Part shown: positions 43,682-53,959 of the stretch, piece by piece
Layout of the letters: each line of letters begins with the position of its first letter
Position numbering within the stretch: position 1 is the stretch's first letter
Source of the DNA: Eubacteriales bacterium
Lineage (GTDB): Bacteria; Bacillota; Clostridia; Oscillospirales; QAKW01
Direction of reading: 5' to 3'
Assembly (NCBI GenBank): GCA_045544255.1
Contig: JAZPYP010000074.1
Coordinates: forward strand, 9,411-73,410
DNA: 64,000 bases
Position numbers and translations under genes: made by a program
Notes under the pieces: generated by a model
Database searches by the model: none
What the model saw: only the letters and a program-made list of their open reading frames with translations
Told to the model about the DNA's origin: nothing

Positions 43682-46285
43682 ATGGCGAAACTTTCTCCGA
43701 TGATGGAGCAATTTTTTGAAGTAAAGAGTCGCTATAAGGACTATATTTTGTTTTATCGTGTTGGTGATTTTTATGAAATGTTTTATGATGATGCCATTAC
43801 TGCATCGCGAGAACTTCAGCTCACCTTAACCGGTAAGGATTGCGGAGCAGCAGAGCGAGCGCCCATGTGCGGAGTGCCCTTTCATAGCTATGAAAACTAT
43901 GCTGCAAAATTGGTTGCTAAAGGCTATAAAGTTGGAATTTGTGAGCAAGTTGAGGATCCTAAGGAAGCCAAGGGGCTTGTTAAGCGCGATGTGATCAAGG
44001 TGATCACTCCGGGGACTGTTACCCAAACAAGCATGTTGGACGAGAGCAAAAATAATTATCTTGCTTGCATTATGCTTTCGAGAGAATATGCGGCGCTTTC
44101 CTTTGCGGATATTTCTACCGGCGATTTGGAGGTAACTCTTTTAAAGAGAAAAGACGATAAAAATATCCTCAATGAACTTACTCGCTTTAACCCAAGCGAG
44201 GTTTTGCTCAATGATATGGCTGCAGAAGATCGGCAGATTACCGGATATATTAAGGATCGCCTTGGCGCTTTGATTACAGGGATAGAAAAGATTGAAGATC
44301 TTCAGCCTGAAAAAGCAATTTTGCGGCATTTTAATGCAAATTCTATCGATGAATTAGGGCTTCCTGATCAAGAGGAAAGTTTGCATAGCCTTTATTATTT
44401 ATTGGCTTATGTTTCTCAAACTCAAAAATGCGATATTTCCTATCTTGATAAATTAAAGGTTTTTCAGCCCGATCAATATATGGAACTTGATGCTTCCAGC
44501 AGAAGAAATCTGGAGTTGATGGAAACCATTCGTCGCGGAGATAAAAAGGGTTCTTTATTTCATGTTTTAAATCGCACCAAAACATCAGCGGGAGCGCGTC
44601 TTTTGCGCGCTATTATGGAAAGACCGCTTGTGAATATGAATGAAATTAATCGCAGATTATATGCGGTTGATGAAATGAAGCAATCGATGATTCATCGCGA
44701 AGACCTTCGCGAGCTTCTCGATAAAACTTATGATTTAGAGCGGTTGATGACTAAGGTAATGCTTGGCACCTGCAATGGGCGCGATCTTTATGCTCTTGGG
44801 CAAACCTTTGGCACCTTTCCTGCTATTAAGAGTGTTTTGCAAAACTTTAATGGTGCATTAATTAAAGAGGCGGCTCGAAATCTTTCTGATATGAATGATC
44901 TTCATCAGCTGATTGTTTCTGCGATTAGAGAAGATGCTCCGCTGACCATTCGGGAAGGCGGAATTATTTGCAAAGGCTATGATGCAGAGGTTGATGAATG
45001 CAGAGCTCTTACCGAAGATTCTACTCGCATTATGCGGGAGTGGGAAGCGGAAGAGCGAGAGCGAACCGGCATTAAATCCTTAAAGATCAGTTATAATAAG
45101 GTTTTTGGTTACTATATTGAGGTGACCAAAATGTATTATGACCTTGTACCCGAAAACTATATTCGTAAACAAACGCTTGTGAATTGCGAGCGTTTTATAA
45201 CCGAGGAACTGAAGGCGCTGGAAACTAAAATTCTTTGTGCAAATCAGCGTTGCCAAAGTCGGGAATATCTGCTGTTCTGCCAGGTGCGGGAAACCGTTGG
45301 AAAACGATTTAAGGAAATTCAAAGAGCAGCAGGAGCTCTTGCCTTGCTTGATGTATTGGCCTCTTTTGCCCAAGTAGCGGAGCAAAACAATTATGTGATG
45401 CCTATTGTGGATGAAAGCGATGAAATCAAAATTGTTGATGGCCGGCATCCTGTGGTTGAAAGCTTGGTAAAAGATACTTTGTTTGTTCCGAATGATACCG
45501 AACTGAACCAATCGGAGCATCGATTGGCGCTGATTACCGGCCCCAATATGGCAGGTAAATCTACTTATATGCGTCAGGTCGCTGTTATCGTTTTGATGGC
45601 GCAGATTGGCTGTTTTGTGCCTGCAAAGAGCGCGCATATTGGCATTGTTGATAAAATCTTTACTCGTGTTGGGGCATCCGATGATCTTTCTTCCGGCCAA
45701 TCTACCTTTATGGTTGAAATGTCGGAGGTGGCGCATATTTTGGATAATGCAACCGCCTCATCGCTTTTGATTTTTGATGAGATTGGTCGCGGAACTTCCA
45801 CCTACGATGGAATGAGCATTGCCAGAGCGGTAATGGAATATGTGAATAATCCCGCAAAGATCGGCGCCAAAACTTTATTTGCCACCCATTATCATGAGCT
45901 TTGCGCGCTGGGAGATAACGGCAGCGGAATTGTGAACTATAATGTTGCTGTTAAAAAGAGGGGAGATGAAGTGATCTTCCTCAGAAAAATTGTGCAAGGT
46001 GGCGCAGATAAGAGCTATGGTATTGAAGTGGCGGCATTGGCCGGAGTGAATAGCGAAGTTGTGCGCAATGCAAAGAAGATTTTGAAAGAAATCGATCAAG
46101 GCCCTGTGGAGATGCCTAAGGTTTTGAAAGATGAAGCGCCGGTCGAGGAGCCGCAAATCAGCCTTGGCTATATGGAGCAGTGCGCAATCATTGATCGGCT
46201 GAAGAGCCTTGATGTTAATACTTTAAGCCCCATTGAAACCATGGGAATCCTTTATGAATTAAGTCAAAAAGCGAAGGAGTTATAA
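43682..46285 (+). CDS. mutS: DNA mismatch repair protein MutS
   Basis: N-terminus TPMMEQFFEVKSRYKDYILFYRVGDFYEMF and Walker A GPNMAGKSTYMRQ. Confidence 0.97.
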   Translation: MAKLSPMMEQFFEVKSRYKDYILFYRVGDFYEMFYDDAITASRELQLTLTGKDCGAAERAPMCGVPFHSYENYAAKLVAKGYKVGICEQVEDPKEAKGLVKRDVIKVITPGTVTQTSMLDESKNNYLACIMLSREYAALSFADISTGDLEVTLLKRKDDKNILNELTRFNPSEVLLNDMAAEDRQITGYIKDRLGALITGIEKIEDLQPEKAILRHFNANSIDELGLPDQEESLHSLYYLLAYVSQTQKCDISYLDKLKVFQPDQYMELDASSRRNLELMETIRRGDKKGSLFHVLNRTKTSAGARLLRAIMERPLVNMNEINRRLYAVDEMKQSMIHREDLRELLDKTYDLERLMTKVMLGTCNGRDLYALGQTFGTFPAIKSVLQNFNGALIKEAARNLSDMNDLHQLIVSAIREDAPLTIREGGIICKGYDAEVDECRALTEDSTRIMREWEAEERERTGIKSLKISYNKVFGYYIEVTKMYYDLVPENYIRKQTLVNCERFITEELKALETKILCANQRCQSREYLLFCQVRETVGKRFKEIQRAAGALALLDVLASFAQVAEQNNYVMPIVDESDEIKIVDGRHPVVESLVKDTLFVPNDTELNQSEHRLALITGPNMAGKSTYMRQVAVIVLMAQIGCFVPAKSAHIGIVDKIFTRVGASDDLSSGQSTFMVEMSEVAHILDNATASSLLIFDEIGRGTSTYDGMSIARAVMEYVNNPAKIGAKTLFATHYHELCALGDNGSGIVNYNVAVKKRGDEVIFLRKIVQGGADKSYGIEVAALAGVNSEVVRNAKKILKEIDQGPVEMPKVLKDEAPVEEPQISLGYMEQCAIIDRLKSLDVNTLSPIETMGILYELSQKAKEL

Positions 46286-46286
46286 A

Positions 46287-48230
46287 ATGCAGAAAATTCA
46301 GGTCTTAGACCAGGATATTGCAAATAAAATAGCAGCCGGCGAAGTGGTGGAGCGCCCCGGAAGCGTTATCAAGGAATTGGTAGAAAACGCTATTGATGCA
46401 GGGGCTTCCTCTATCCATGTTGAAATTCGCAACGGTGGTGTTACCTATATGCGCGTAACCGATGATGGGTGCGGTATGAATAGGGAGGATGCCCGTTGCT
46501 GCTTTTTGCGCCATGCAACCAGCAAGATCCAAAGAATCGAGGATCTTTATGCCATCGGAACCCTTGGTTTTCGCGGCGAAGCTTTGGCGGCAATTTCTGC
46601 TGTATCTCGGATTGAATTAGTAACTGCGCCAGAGCAACAAAGCGGAACAAGATTGATTTTGGAGGCGGGGAAAGAGCTTCTCTGCGAAGAAACAGGCTCT
46701 CCGGTTGGTACAACAATTATTGTAAGAGATCTTTTCTTTAATACCCCTGCGCGCATGAAATTTTTGAAATCCGATCGAAGTGAATCGGGGTATATTGCGG
46801 CTTTGATGGACCGCTTGGCCCTTTCTCATCCGGAAATTTCTTTCAAACTGATTCAAGATGGAAAAAATACTCTTTCAACCAATGGAAGCGGTAAACTTCT
46901 GGATGTTATCTACGCGTTATGGGGGAAGGAATTAACCAAAGGCATGCTGCAGGCCGATACCGAAGTGCAGCAGGTGCGTGTATATGGGTATGTTGGTGAA
47001 CCCACCCTTACCAAACCCAATCGTAACTATCAGCTTTGTTATATTAATGGTCGCTTGGTACGGAGCCAAACTGTTTTTGCGGCCATCGATCAGGCCTATC
47101 GAAATGACCTTTTTCATGGGCGCCATGCAGTATGCATCATTAAAATTGAGCTTCCGCTTGGACTTGTAGATGTAAATGTGCATCCCAATAAGATGGAAGT
47201 TAAATTCTCTAATGAAAAACTGATTTTTGAAGCGGTATATTATGCAATTAAAAATGCGTTAAATAAGCAAACCCTTCTGAAAAACGCAACGCCGACTGCG
47301 CCTGCCAAAAAGCCGAGCGCTTCGGTTTTGAAAAACGAATCTATAAAAGATTCGTTTGGCGTTATTAAAACTCTTGAGCGCCCCGAACCATTAATGAAAG
47401 AAGAGCCGGTTCAAAATGATGCGAAACCGGAAAATCCGATTGAAAATAAGGGAAAACCTGAAGGGGTGCAGGGAAAAATTGAGCCATCAGATGATGATTA
47501 TTTTGTTTCCTCGCCTAAAAAAACCGCTTTTACACTGACAAGGAATTATACTTTACACGAAGGCGTGCCTGCAGAACCGCTTCAAAAGCCGCAAAATGCT
47601 GATTTTGCTGCTCCCCAAGAGTTGGTTCAGGAAACATTGACTGAGATTAAAAAAGAGATCCCTTATCACTATATAGGCGAGGTTTTTAAAACCTATTTGC
47701 TGATTGAGAGCGGGGAATCTTTATATTTAGTTGATAAGCATGCGGCTCATGAGCGAATGATTTTTGAGCGCCTTTTGAGGGAAAAAGAACATCACAAAGC
47801 GGCTGTTCAAAGTTTTCTTGTGCCCGAAGAGTTATTGCTTTCTTCCGATGAGTTGGTTTATGCCGAGGAATGCGCTGCTGATTTTGAGGAAATGGGCTTT
47901 GAGTTCAGTGTGTTTGGCGAAAAGAAGGTTCTTTTGCGCAGCCGCCCTGTTTGCTTGACCGATGAGGGGGCCGCTGAAGCCTTTTATGAAATATTATCTG
48001 ATTGGATGAAGGGCGGAAAGAAAAATTCCACTGATCGGGAAAATAGAGCATTGAAAACGATTGCATGCAAATCTGCAATTAAAGCCGGCAACCAAAATGA
48101 TCCTGAAGAACTTCGTCGGCTTGTTATCAAATTAATTGAAGAGGACGAAGTGCATCAATGCCCCCATGGAAGGCCTGTTATGATCGCCTATGATAAAAAG
48201 ACCATTGAAAAGGCATTCAAAAGGTTATAA
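46287..48230 (+). CDS. mutL: DNA mismatch repair protein MutL
   Basis: GHKL ATPase N-terminus IANKIAAGEVVERPGSVIKELVENAIDAG and the C-terminal endonuclease motif region (DKHAAHERMIFE). Confidence 0.96.
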   Translation: MQKIQVLDQDIANKIAAGEVVERPGSVIKELVENAIDAGASSIHVEIRNGGVTYMRVTDDGCGMNREDARCCFLRHATSKIQRIEDLYAIGTLGFRGEALAAISAVSRIELVTAPEQQSGTRLILEAGKELLCEETGSPVGTTIIVRDLFFNTPARMKFLKSDRSESGYIAALMDRLALSHPEISFKLIQDGKNTLSTNGSGKLLDVIYALWGKELTKGMLQADTEVQQVRVYGYVGEPTLTKPNRNYQLCYINGRLVRSQTVFAAIDQAYRNDLFHGRHAVCIIKIELPLGLVDVNVHPNKMEVKFSNEKLIFEAVYYAIKNALNKQTLLKNATPTAPAKKPSASVLKNESIKDSFGVIKTLERPEPLMKEEPVQNDAKPENPIENKGKPEGVQGKIEPSDDDYFVSSPKKTAFTLTRNYTLHEGVPAEPLQKPQNADFAAPQELVQETLTEIKKEIPYHYIGEVFKTYLLIESGESLYLVDKHAAHERMIFERLLREKEHHKAAVQSFLVPEELLLSSDELVYAEECAADFEEMGFEFSVFGEKKVLLRSRPVCLTDEGAAEAFYEILSDWMKGGKKNSTDRENRALKTIACKSAIKAGNQNDPEELRRLVIKLIEEDEVHQCPHGRPVMIAYDKKTIEKAFKRL

Positions 48231-48241
48231 GGGTGGGGACC

Positions 48242-49183
48242 ATGCAGAAAATTATCGCAATTGTTGGCCCCACTGCTTCCGGAAAGACTGCCTTTTCCAT
48301 TGCTCTTGCCAAGCGTTTTGGCGGCGAGGTTGTATCTGCAGATTCCATGCAGATTTATAAGGAGATGCAGATTGGCACCGCAAAACCGGATGCAAAAGAA
48401 CGCAATGGTGTGCCTCATCATTTAATGAGCCATGTCGGCGTGGAGTCGACCTATAATGTTGCAGAATATGTTCAGGATGCGAAAGAGATTTTAGGTTCCT
48501 TAAAGGAAAGAGGCGTTGTTCCTATTTTATGCGGCGGAACCGGCCTTTATATTCAGCATCTTTTAGAGTCTACCGATTTTTTCGATATTCCCATTTTGGA
48601 AGAAGTACGCCTGCGTTTTCAAAAAATGGCGGAAGAGCGCGGAAAAGATCATCTTTTTGATCTGCTGCGGGAGCGCGATCCTGCCTTGGCAGAGCATTTG
48701 CATCCGAATGATTTGAAGCGGGTTATTCGCGGTCTGGAAGTATTTGAAGCAACCGGTCGCCCTCTTTCTGAATTTCAAAGAGAAAGCAAGCGCCAATCTC
48801 CCTACGAGGTTTTGTATTTTGGCCTGAATTATAAAGATCGAAATGTTCTATATGAGAGAATTGATCGCAGAGTTGATTTGATGATGGAAGCCGGCCTTTT
48901 GGAAGAGGTTCAAGAGCTTTTAAAAGGTCATGCGCTTTCTGCAACTGCGCGCGCCGCAATCGGATATAAGGAGCTTATTGATGCCATTGATGGAAAATAT
49001 TCTATTGATGAAGCAGTTGATTTGATAAAGCAAAAAAGCCGAAATTATGCAAAGCGGCAATTATCTTGGTTTCGAAGAAACGCAGAGATTCATTGGTTCT
49101 ATCCTGATGAAAGAGGTTTTGAGGAAATATTAAATGATGCCTGTGAAATGGCAGAAAAATTTTTGGAGGGAGATGCAAAATGA
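48242..49183 (+). CDS. miaA: tRNA dimethylallyltransferase MiaA
   Basis: P-loop IVGPTASGKT and SADSMQIYKEMQIGTAKP. ATG 48242 preferred over the GTG at 48233. Confidence 0.94.
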   Translation: MQKIIAIVGPTASGKTAFSIALAKRFGGEVVSADSMQIYKEMQIGTAKPDAKERNGVPHHLMSHVGVESTYNVAEYVQDAKEILGSLKERGVVPILCGGTGLYIQHLLESTDFFDIPILEEVRLRFQKMAEERGKDHLFDLLRERDPALAEHLHPNDLKRVIRGLEVFEATGRPLSEFQRESKRQSPYEVLYFGLNYKDRNVLYERIDRRVDLMMEAGLLEEVQELLKGHALSATARAAIGYKELIDAIDGKYSIDEAVDLIKQKSRNYAKRQLSWFRRNAEIHWFYPDERGFEEILNDACEMAEKFLEGDAK

Positions 49184-50406
49184 AAAGTAGCGGAATTGGT
49201 TTTATTCGCATTATTATCGGTGTATTATTAGCTGTTGCTGTTGTTATGATCGGATATCAACTTTATCGCTATAATTTTGTATCGATCAAAACCGAAGATG
49301 CTGTGATGGGAGATATGGAACGCACAGTTAATGGCGTTGGTATTTTTATTCGTGATGAAAAGCCGGTGAATAATGATGGCTATCATTATCTTGATGTTAT
49401 TCGCCAAGAAGGGGAGCGTGTTTCCGCTAATGGCGTGATCGCTCGCGTTTATAATAGCGAGGAATCTGCAATGGTGCAAAAGGATATTCGAGCAGTTGAG
49501 CAGAAGATCAGCACCTATGAAGAAGTTCTGGCTCATAGCGGTTCTTATGAGAGCGCAGAAGAGGGAATTGTTCAAGAAATCAATAATAATATTTCTTCTA
49601 TTGCCTCCTCTGCAAAAAAAGGCCATTCTCAAACTGCCTTTTCGGTTTCCGATGAATTGATCATCAATATTATGAAGCAAAAAATTGCTTCCGGCGATTT
49701 GGTGAGTTATGATTCTATTTTAGATGATCTTAAAGTAGAGCTTGCTGCGCTCAGATCCAAAAGTGAGGGAAGCGAAAAAACCTTAAAAAGTGAAAAAAGC
49801 GGTTATTTCTCCCTTCAAACAGATGGTCTTGAGGGAAAGATTAATGAGGAAACATTGTCCGCATTGGCCGTTGATAATTTTAAGGAAACACTCGATCTTT
49901 GCGAGGATGGTGAGGCCGACGAAGGCAATGTGGGAAAAATGGTGTATGGGAATTCTTGGACTGTTGCGATGAAAGTTGCCACCCAAGATGTTGATTCTTT
50001 GGAGATAAAAGATTCCGTATATATCAGAATTCCGAGCTACAGCGCTGATCGAATTAAATGCACAGTTGTTGATCTTCGAAAAGATGGGAAGGATACACTG
50101 CTTGTTCTTTCCTCTTCTGTAATCGACAGCAATATTTTAACATTGCGCCTTGAAGAGATTCAGTTGATCTTGGAAACCTATAGCGGAATCCGAGTTCGCC
50201 ATAGCGCATTAAGAAAAGTTGATGGAGAAGATGGCGTTTTCGTAAAGGTAGGCTTATTGCTTCGCTATAAAAAAGTTGAAATTCTTTATAATGATGGGGA
50301 ACATGCGATTATTAAATATGAAGCGGTAAACGAATCGGGGATTCGTGTGCACGATCAGGTGGTTTATAAGGGATCGCGCCTCTATGACGGAAAGGCGGTA
50401 TCTTAA
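49180..50406 (+). CDS. Single-pass membrane protein with HlyD-like (membrane-fusion/coiled-coil plus beta-barrel) organisation
   Basis: N-terminal TM segment (IRIIIGVLLAVAVVMIGYQLY), a central helical region and a beta-rich C-terminus. The family assignment is tentative. ATGA overlap with miaA. Confidence 0.5.
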   Translation: MKSSGIGFIRIIIGVLLAVAVVMIGYQLYRYNFVSIKTEDAVMGDMERTVNGVGIFIRDEKPVNNDGYHYLDVIRQEGERVSANGVIARVYNSEESAMVQKDIRAVEQKISTYEEVLAHSGSYESAEEGIVQEINNNISSIASSAKKGHSQTAFSVSDELIINIMKQKIASGDLVSYDSILDDLKVELAALRSKSEGSEKTLKSEKSGYFSLQTDGLEGKINEETLSALAVDNFKETLDLCEDGEADEGNVGKMVYGNSWTVAMKVATQDVDSLEIKDSVYIRIPSYSADRIKCTVVDLRKDGKDTLLVLSSSVIDSNILTLRLEEIQLILETYSGIRVRHSALRKVDGEDGVFVKVGLLLRYKKVEILYNDGEHAIIKYEAVNESGIRVHDQVVYKGSRLYDGKAVS

Positions 50407-50408
50407 TT

Positions 50409-51077
50409 ATGTATCCTCATATTAAGAAAAATTTAGAAGAGATTTTTCAAAAGCTTGAAGGAAAAGAAACGCAGCTTATTGCTGTTAGCAAAACCCGCTC
50501 AACGGATGAAATCAATTATGCGATTGAATGCGGGGTGCGGCATATTGGCGAAAACCGCGTGCAAGAGCTTTTGGAAAAATATGATCGCCTTCAAAAGGAT
50601 GAGTTGACAATTCATTTGATTGGCCGCCTTCAAACCAATAAGGTGAAATACATTATCGATAAAGTTGATCTTATTCATTCGGTGGATTCCATTCGCCTGG
50701 CTGCCGAAATTAATAAGAGGGCGGCTGCTATCGGGAAGATTCAAGATGTTTTATTGGAGGTTAATGTCGGCGAGGAAGAGTCCAAGGGCGGGTTTATGCC
50801 CTCCGATCTATATGAAGCGCTCAAAGATATTTCTTCCTATCCTTCCCTTCGAATTTGCGGTTTGATGGCTATTCCGCCTATTCAGCAGAAGGAGCATCAA
50901 AATTATGAATATTTTTTAAAATTGAAGCAAATGTTAGTTGACATAAGAGCAAAAAAGTTAGATAATGTTAGTATGGACATTCTGTCTATGGGAATGTCGG
51001 ATGATTATGAAGATGCCATTCGGGCAGGGAGTAGCTTTATTCGTGTCGGGCGTGGCATTTTCGGACCGCGAAATTAA
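50409..51077 (+). CDS. yggS: YggS-family pyridoxal-phosphate homeostasis protein
   Basis: LIAVSKTRS (PLP lysine), HIGENRVQE, GRLQTNKVKY and LSMGMSDDYEDAI motifs. Confidence 0.9.
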   Translation: MYPHIKKNLEEIFQKLEGKETQLIAVSKTRSTDEINYAIECGVRHIGENRVQELLEKYDRLQKDELTIHLIGRLQTNKVKYIIDKVDLIHSVDSIRLAAEINKRAAAIGKIQDVLLEVNVGEEESKGGFMPSDLYEALKDISSYPSLRICGLMAIPPIQQKEHQNYEYFLKLKQMLVDIRAKKLDNVSMDILSMGMSDDYEDAIRAGSSFIRVGRGIFGPRN

Positions 51078-51095
51078 TTTTGGAGGTTTAATGAT

Positions 51096-51533
51096 ATGGG
51101 AAAATGGGATAAGATTAAGGCTGCCATTGGTTTGCCTGATGATAGCGATATCATGGGGGATGATGAGCGCGATGAAGAAGAGGTTGTGCGCCCTGCTGAA
51201 CCCGAAGCAGTGAAGAGCGAGCCTCGTCGCCCTGTTAATCGGCCTGTGGTATCAACTGCCAAAAACCAAGTAAATATGGTGATTATCAAATCCAGCGACT
51301 ATAGCGATGCCCGCGCAGTTGCTGATCATGTTTTGGAAAATCGCGCTGTTTTGCTCAATCTTGAGAGTAGCACCAAAGAAATGGCGCAGAGAATCCTTGA
51401 TTTCTTGAGCGGCGTTGTATATGCTCAAGGCGGCGATCTTCAGCGTGTTGCGCATAGCACCTATGCTGTTACTCCGCGGAACGTTGGTCTTCAAGGGGAA
51501 CTGGGCGAAGATACCAGAGAAGAGGAATTTTAA
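51096..51533 (+). CDS. sepF: Cell division protein SepF
   Basis: Conserved C-terminal domain (VIIKSSDYSDARAVADHVLENRAVLLNLE...FLSGVVYAQGGDLQRV). Confidence 0.9.
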   Translation: MGKWDKIKAAIGLPDDSDIMGDDERDEEEVVRPAEPEAVKSEPRRPVNRPVVSTAKNQVNMVIIKSSDYSDARAVADHVLENRAVLLNLESSTKEMAQRILDFLSGVVYAQGGDLQRVAHSTYAVTPRNVGLQGELGEDTREEEF

Positions 51534-51534
51534 T

Positions 51535-51816
51535 TTGATCTTTAAAATCGCGATTTATCTTATTAGTCAGCTTATAAGCCTTTATGCATTGGTGATGCTG
51601 ATCTATTGCCTGACAACTTGGTTTATTCGAGATCCGGCAAATCGTTTTGTGCGCTTTCTTGCATTTTTTACCGAACCCCCTTTAGAGCCGATTCGTCGAT
51701 TATTGCGCAGGTTTTCTTATTTTGAAAATTCACCGGTGGATTTTTCGCCGCTGATTTTGTTTTTCTTGTTGCGAATTTTGATGAATCTTCTATCAAGGAT
51801 CGGTTCCTTTTTATGA
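51535..51816 (+). CDS. yggT: YggT-family membrane protein, probable TTG start
   Basis: Two-TM YggT pattern (LYALVMLIYCLTTWF...EPPLEPIRRLL...FSPLILFFLL). TTG at 51535 lies about 9 nt after AGAGGAA. The longer listed ORF overlaps sepF. Confidence 0.72.
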   Translation: MIFKIAIYLISQLISLYALVMLIYCLTTWFIRDPANRFVRFLAFFTEPPLEPIRRLLRRFSYFENSPVDFSPLILFFLLRILMNLLSRIGSFL

Positions 51817-52556
51817 GCGAAAAGAATTATTTTGCCGGAAAAATCCATGATCTTATTCGCCGCCGAGAGCGGGGAGAGGGCATGGTCTTTTCCTCGTTTT
51901 TAACTGCTGAAGAGGCCGATGAAGCGGCGCGGATATGCAGGGCTGCCCGAGCCCCTTTTCATCTATATGGTGGATATAATGAGGCGGAGCGAAAGATGCT
52001 TGCCATATCTGATATGGATCAAGAAACGCTTCAATTTTGCTATCCCTTTTCCTTGATTTCTGTGGAGGCATATGAGCCGCAAGAGATTTCCAATCGAGAT
52101 ATTTTAGGTGCGCTGATGGCATCGGGGATTCGCAGAGATTGCCTTGGAGATATAATTGCCAGAGATGGCGTTTTGCTCTTTTTTGCAAGTGAGCAGATTG
52201 CGGATTACCTATTGGAAAATGTGGATTCAATCGGGCGCCAAGGGGTTGTTCTCAAAAGGCAAGAAGAAGGCTTTTTAATCCCGCCCCCTCATTTTGAAGA
52301 GCATCGTGATACAGTGGCTTCGTTGAGATTAGATGCCATTGTTGCTTCTTTTGCGCGGTGCTCCAGAGAGCAGGCATGCAAAATGATTGAGCTTGGCAAT
52401 GTTTCTGTCAATCATATCCAAATGGATAAAAAAACCAAAGAGATTGCGGCCGGTGAGCGCATTGTTATTCGCGGCCGCGGAAAATGGATGATCGATGAGT
52501 GCGAAGGGCACTCGAAAAAGGGAAGAATTATAATTAAAGCGAGAAAATATATTTAG
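51813..52556 (+). CDS. ylmH: YlmH-like S4-domain RNA-binding protein
   Basis: C-terminal S4 domain (RLDAIVASFARCSREQACKMIELGNVSVN) and the conserved position between yggT and divIVA. Confidence 0.8.
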   Translation: MSEKNYFAGKIHDLIRRRERGEGMVFSSFLTAEEADEAARICRAARAPFHLYGGYNEAERKMLAISDMDQETLQFCYPFSLISVEAYEPQEISNRDILGALMASGIRRDCLGDIIARDGVLLFFASEQIADYLLENVDSIGRQGVVLKRQEEGFLIPPPHFEEHRDTVASLRLDAIVASFARCSREQACKMIELGNVSVNHIQMDKKTKEIAAGERIVIRGRGKWMIDECEGHSKKGRIIIKARKYI

Positions 52557-52568
52557 GAGGATTTGAAG

Positions 52569-53441
52569 ATGCTGACACCGGATGTTATTCAAAAAAAAGA
52601 ATTTGAGCAGAGTGTTCTTGGCGGCTACCGCAGAGATGAAGTGGATGCCTTTTTAGATGAGGTTGAAGCTGATTATCGCAAACTTTATGATGAAAATAAA
52701 GATTTGATCGAGAAGCTTAAGGCTTGTCTTTCTAAAATTGAAGATTATAAGAAGGATGAAGATTTCTTAAAGAGCGCCATTATTAATGCTCAACGATTGA
52801 ATGAAACCACTTTGAAGGAAATTGAGCTTCGCGAAAAGGAAGTGGAGGTTTCTTGCAAAGAAAAGGCGGCCTCTATTATTTCTGAAGCAGAGGAGAAAGC
52901 TGCTGCAATTATGGAAAAGGCCGAAAAGGATTCTGCAGATGCTCTTGATGCAGCAAGGGAGCAATGTAAGGCTGAAATTGAGGAAGAGCAGAAAAAATGC
53001 GATCAAGAAGTGCTGAAAATCAGAGGCGCTGTTGAAGCAGAGCAGAAGCGGCTGGATTATCTTAAAAAGCAAGTTGCAGAATTTAAATCGACTATTTTGG
53101 ATATTTATCGCGCACATGTTACTTCGATTTCTAAACTTCCTGATTTTTCCGAGCCTGTTGAAGAGGATGCTGAGCAACCAAAGGTTCAGGAAAAGGCCCC
53201 TGTGGTAGAGGCAGTTCCTGTTAAAGAAGAACCCAAGCCTGTTGAAAAAGTGGTTGCTGCTCCTGTTGAAGAAAAAAAGGTTGCGGAAGAGGTTCAAGAA
53301 AAGGATATAGCCGACGATAGCACTGTTGAATTTAAGATCGAAGAGAAGCAACCGAAGAAAAAGGAAGAAGAGCCTAAAAGTTCGAAGTTCGAAAACCTTA
53401 AATTTGGCGTTGATTATAATATCAACGATGATGATAATTAA
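52569..53441 (+). CDS. divIVA: DivIVA-domain cell division/septum-site protein
   Basis: MLTPDVIQKKEFEQSVLGGYRRDEVDAFLDEV is the canonical DivIVA N-terminus, followed by a long coiled coil. AGGAGG lies 8 nt upstream of ATG 52569. Confidence 0.88.
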   Translation: MLTPDVIQKKEFEQSVLGGYRRDEVDAFLDEVEADYRKLYDENKDLIEKLKACLSKIEDYKKDEDFLKSAIINAQRLNETTLKEIELREKEVEVSCKEKAASIISEAEEKAAAIMEKAEKDSADALDAAREQCKAEIEEEQKKCDQEVLKIRGAVEAEQKRLDYLKKQVAEFKSTILDIYRAHVTSISKLPDFSEPVEEDAEQPKVQEKAPVVEAVPVKEEPKPVEKVVAAPVEEKKVAEEVQEKDIADDSTVEFKIEEKQPKKKEEEPKSSKFENLKFGVDYNINDDDN

Positions 53442-53959
53442 TGGGGGCCAAATTGAAGTTTTTTAAGAAAAATTTTTGGATTTTTTTGGTGCTGATTGCA
53501 GTTGCTTTGGATCAGATCTCCAAATATATTGTTGCCCATTTGCTCCCTTTTGAAGATACTTTTACAGTAATTCCCGGTTTTTTTAGCCTGACTCATACGC
53601 GCAATCCCGGTGCTGCTTTCGGCATTCTTGCCGGTCAAAGATGGATCTTTATGGTATTTACTTCTTTGATTATTTTGGCTGCGATTTTTGCGCTCCTATC
53701 CGGTAAAATTAAAAATATTTGGGGGATTGTTGCGCTCTCGATGGTTTTGGGCGGCGGAATCGGTAATATGATTGATCGCATCTTCATCGGCGAGGTAATC
53801 GATTTCTTTGCTTTTAATTTTTGGGGTTATGAATTTGCAGTTTTTAATGTAGCGGATATTTTTGTCTGTTGCGGAGTATTTATTTTGGCCTTTTATATTA
53901 TTTTTACCCATGATTTTGATTCTCCTGAATCGGTGGAGGAGCAAAATGGAACGGTTTGA
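53441..53959 (+). CDS. lspA: Lipoprotein signal peptidase II
   Basis: Motifs NPGAAFG, GGGIGNMIDR and FAVFNVAD. Confidence 0.92.
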   Translation: MGAKLKFFKKNFWIFLVLIAVALDQISKYIVAHLLPFEDTFTVIPGFFSLTHTRNPGAAFGILAGQRWIFMVFTSLIILAAIFALLSGKIKNIWGIVALSMVLGGGIGNMIDRIFIGEVIDFFAFNFWGYEFAVFNVADIFVCCGVFILAFYIIFTHDFDSPESVEEQNGTV

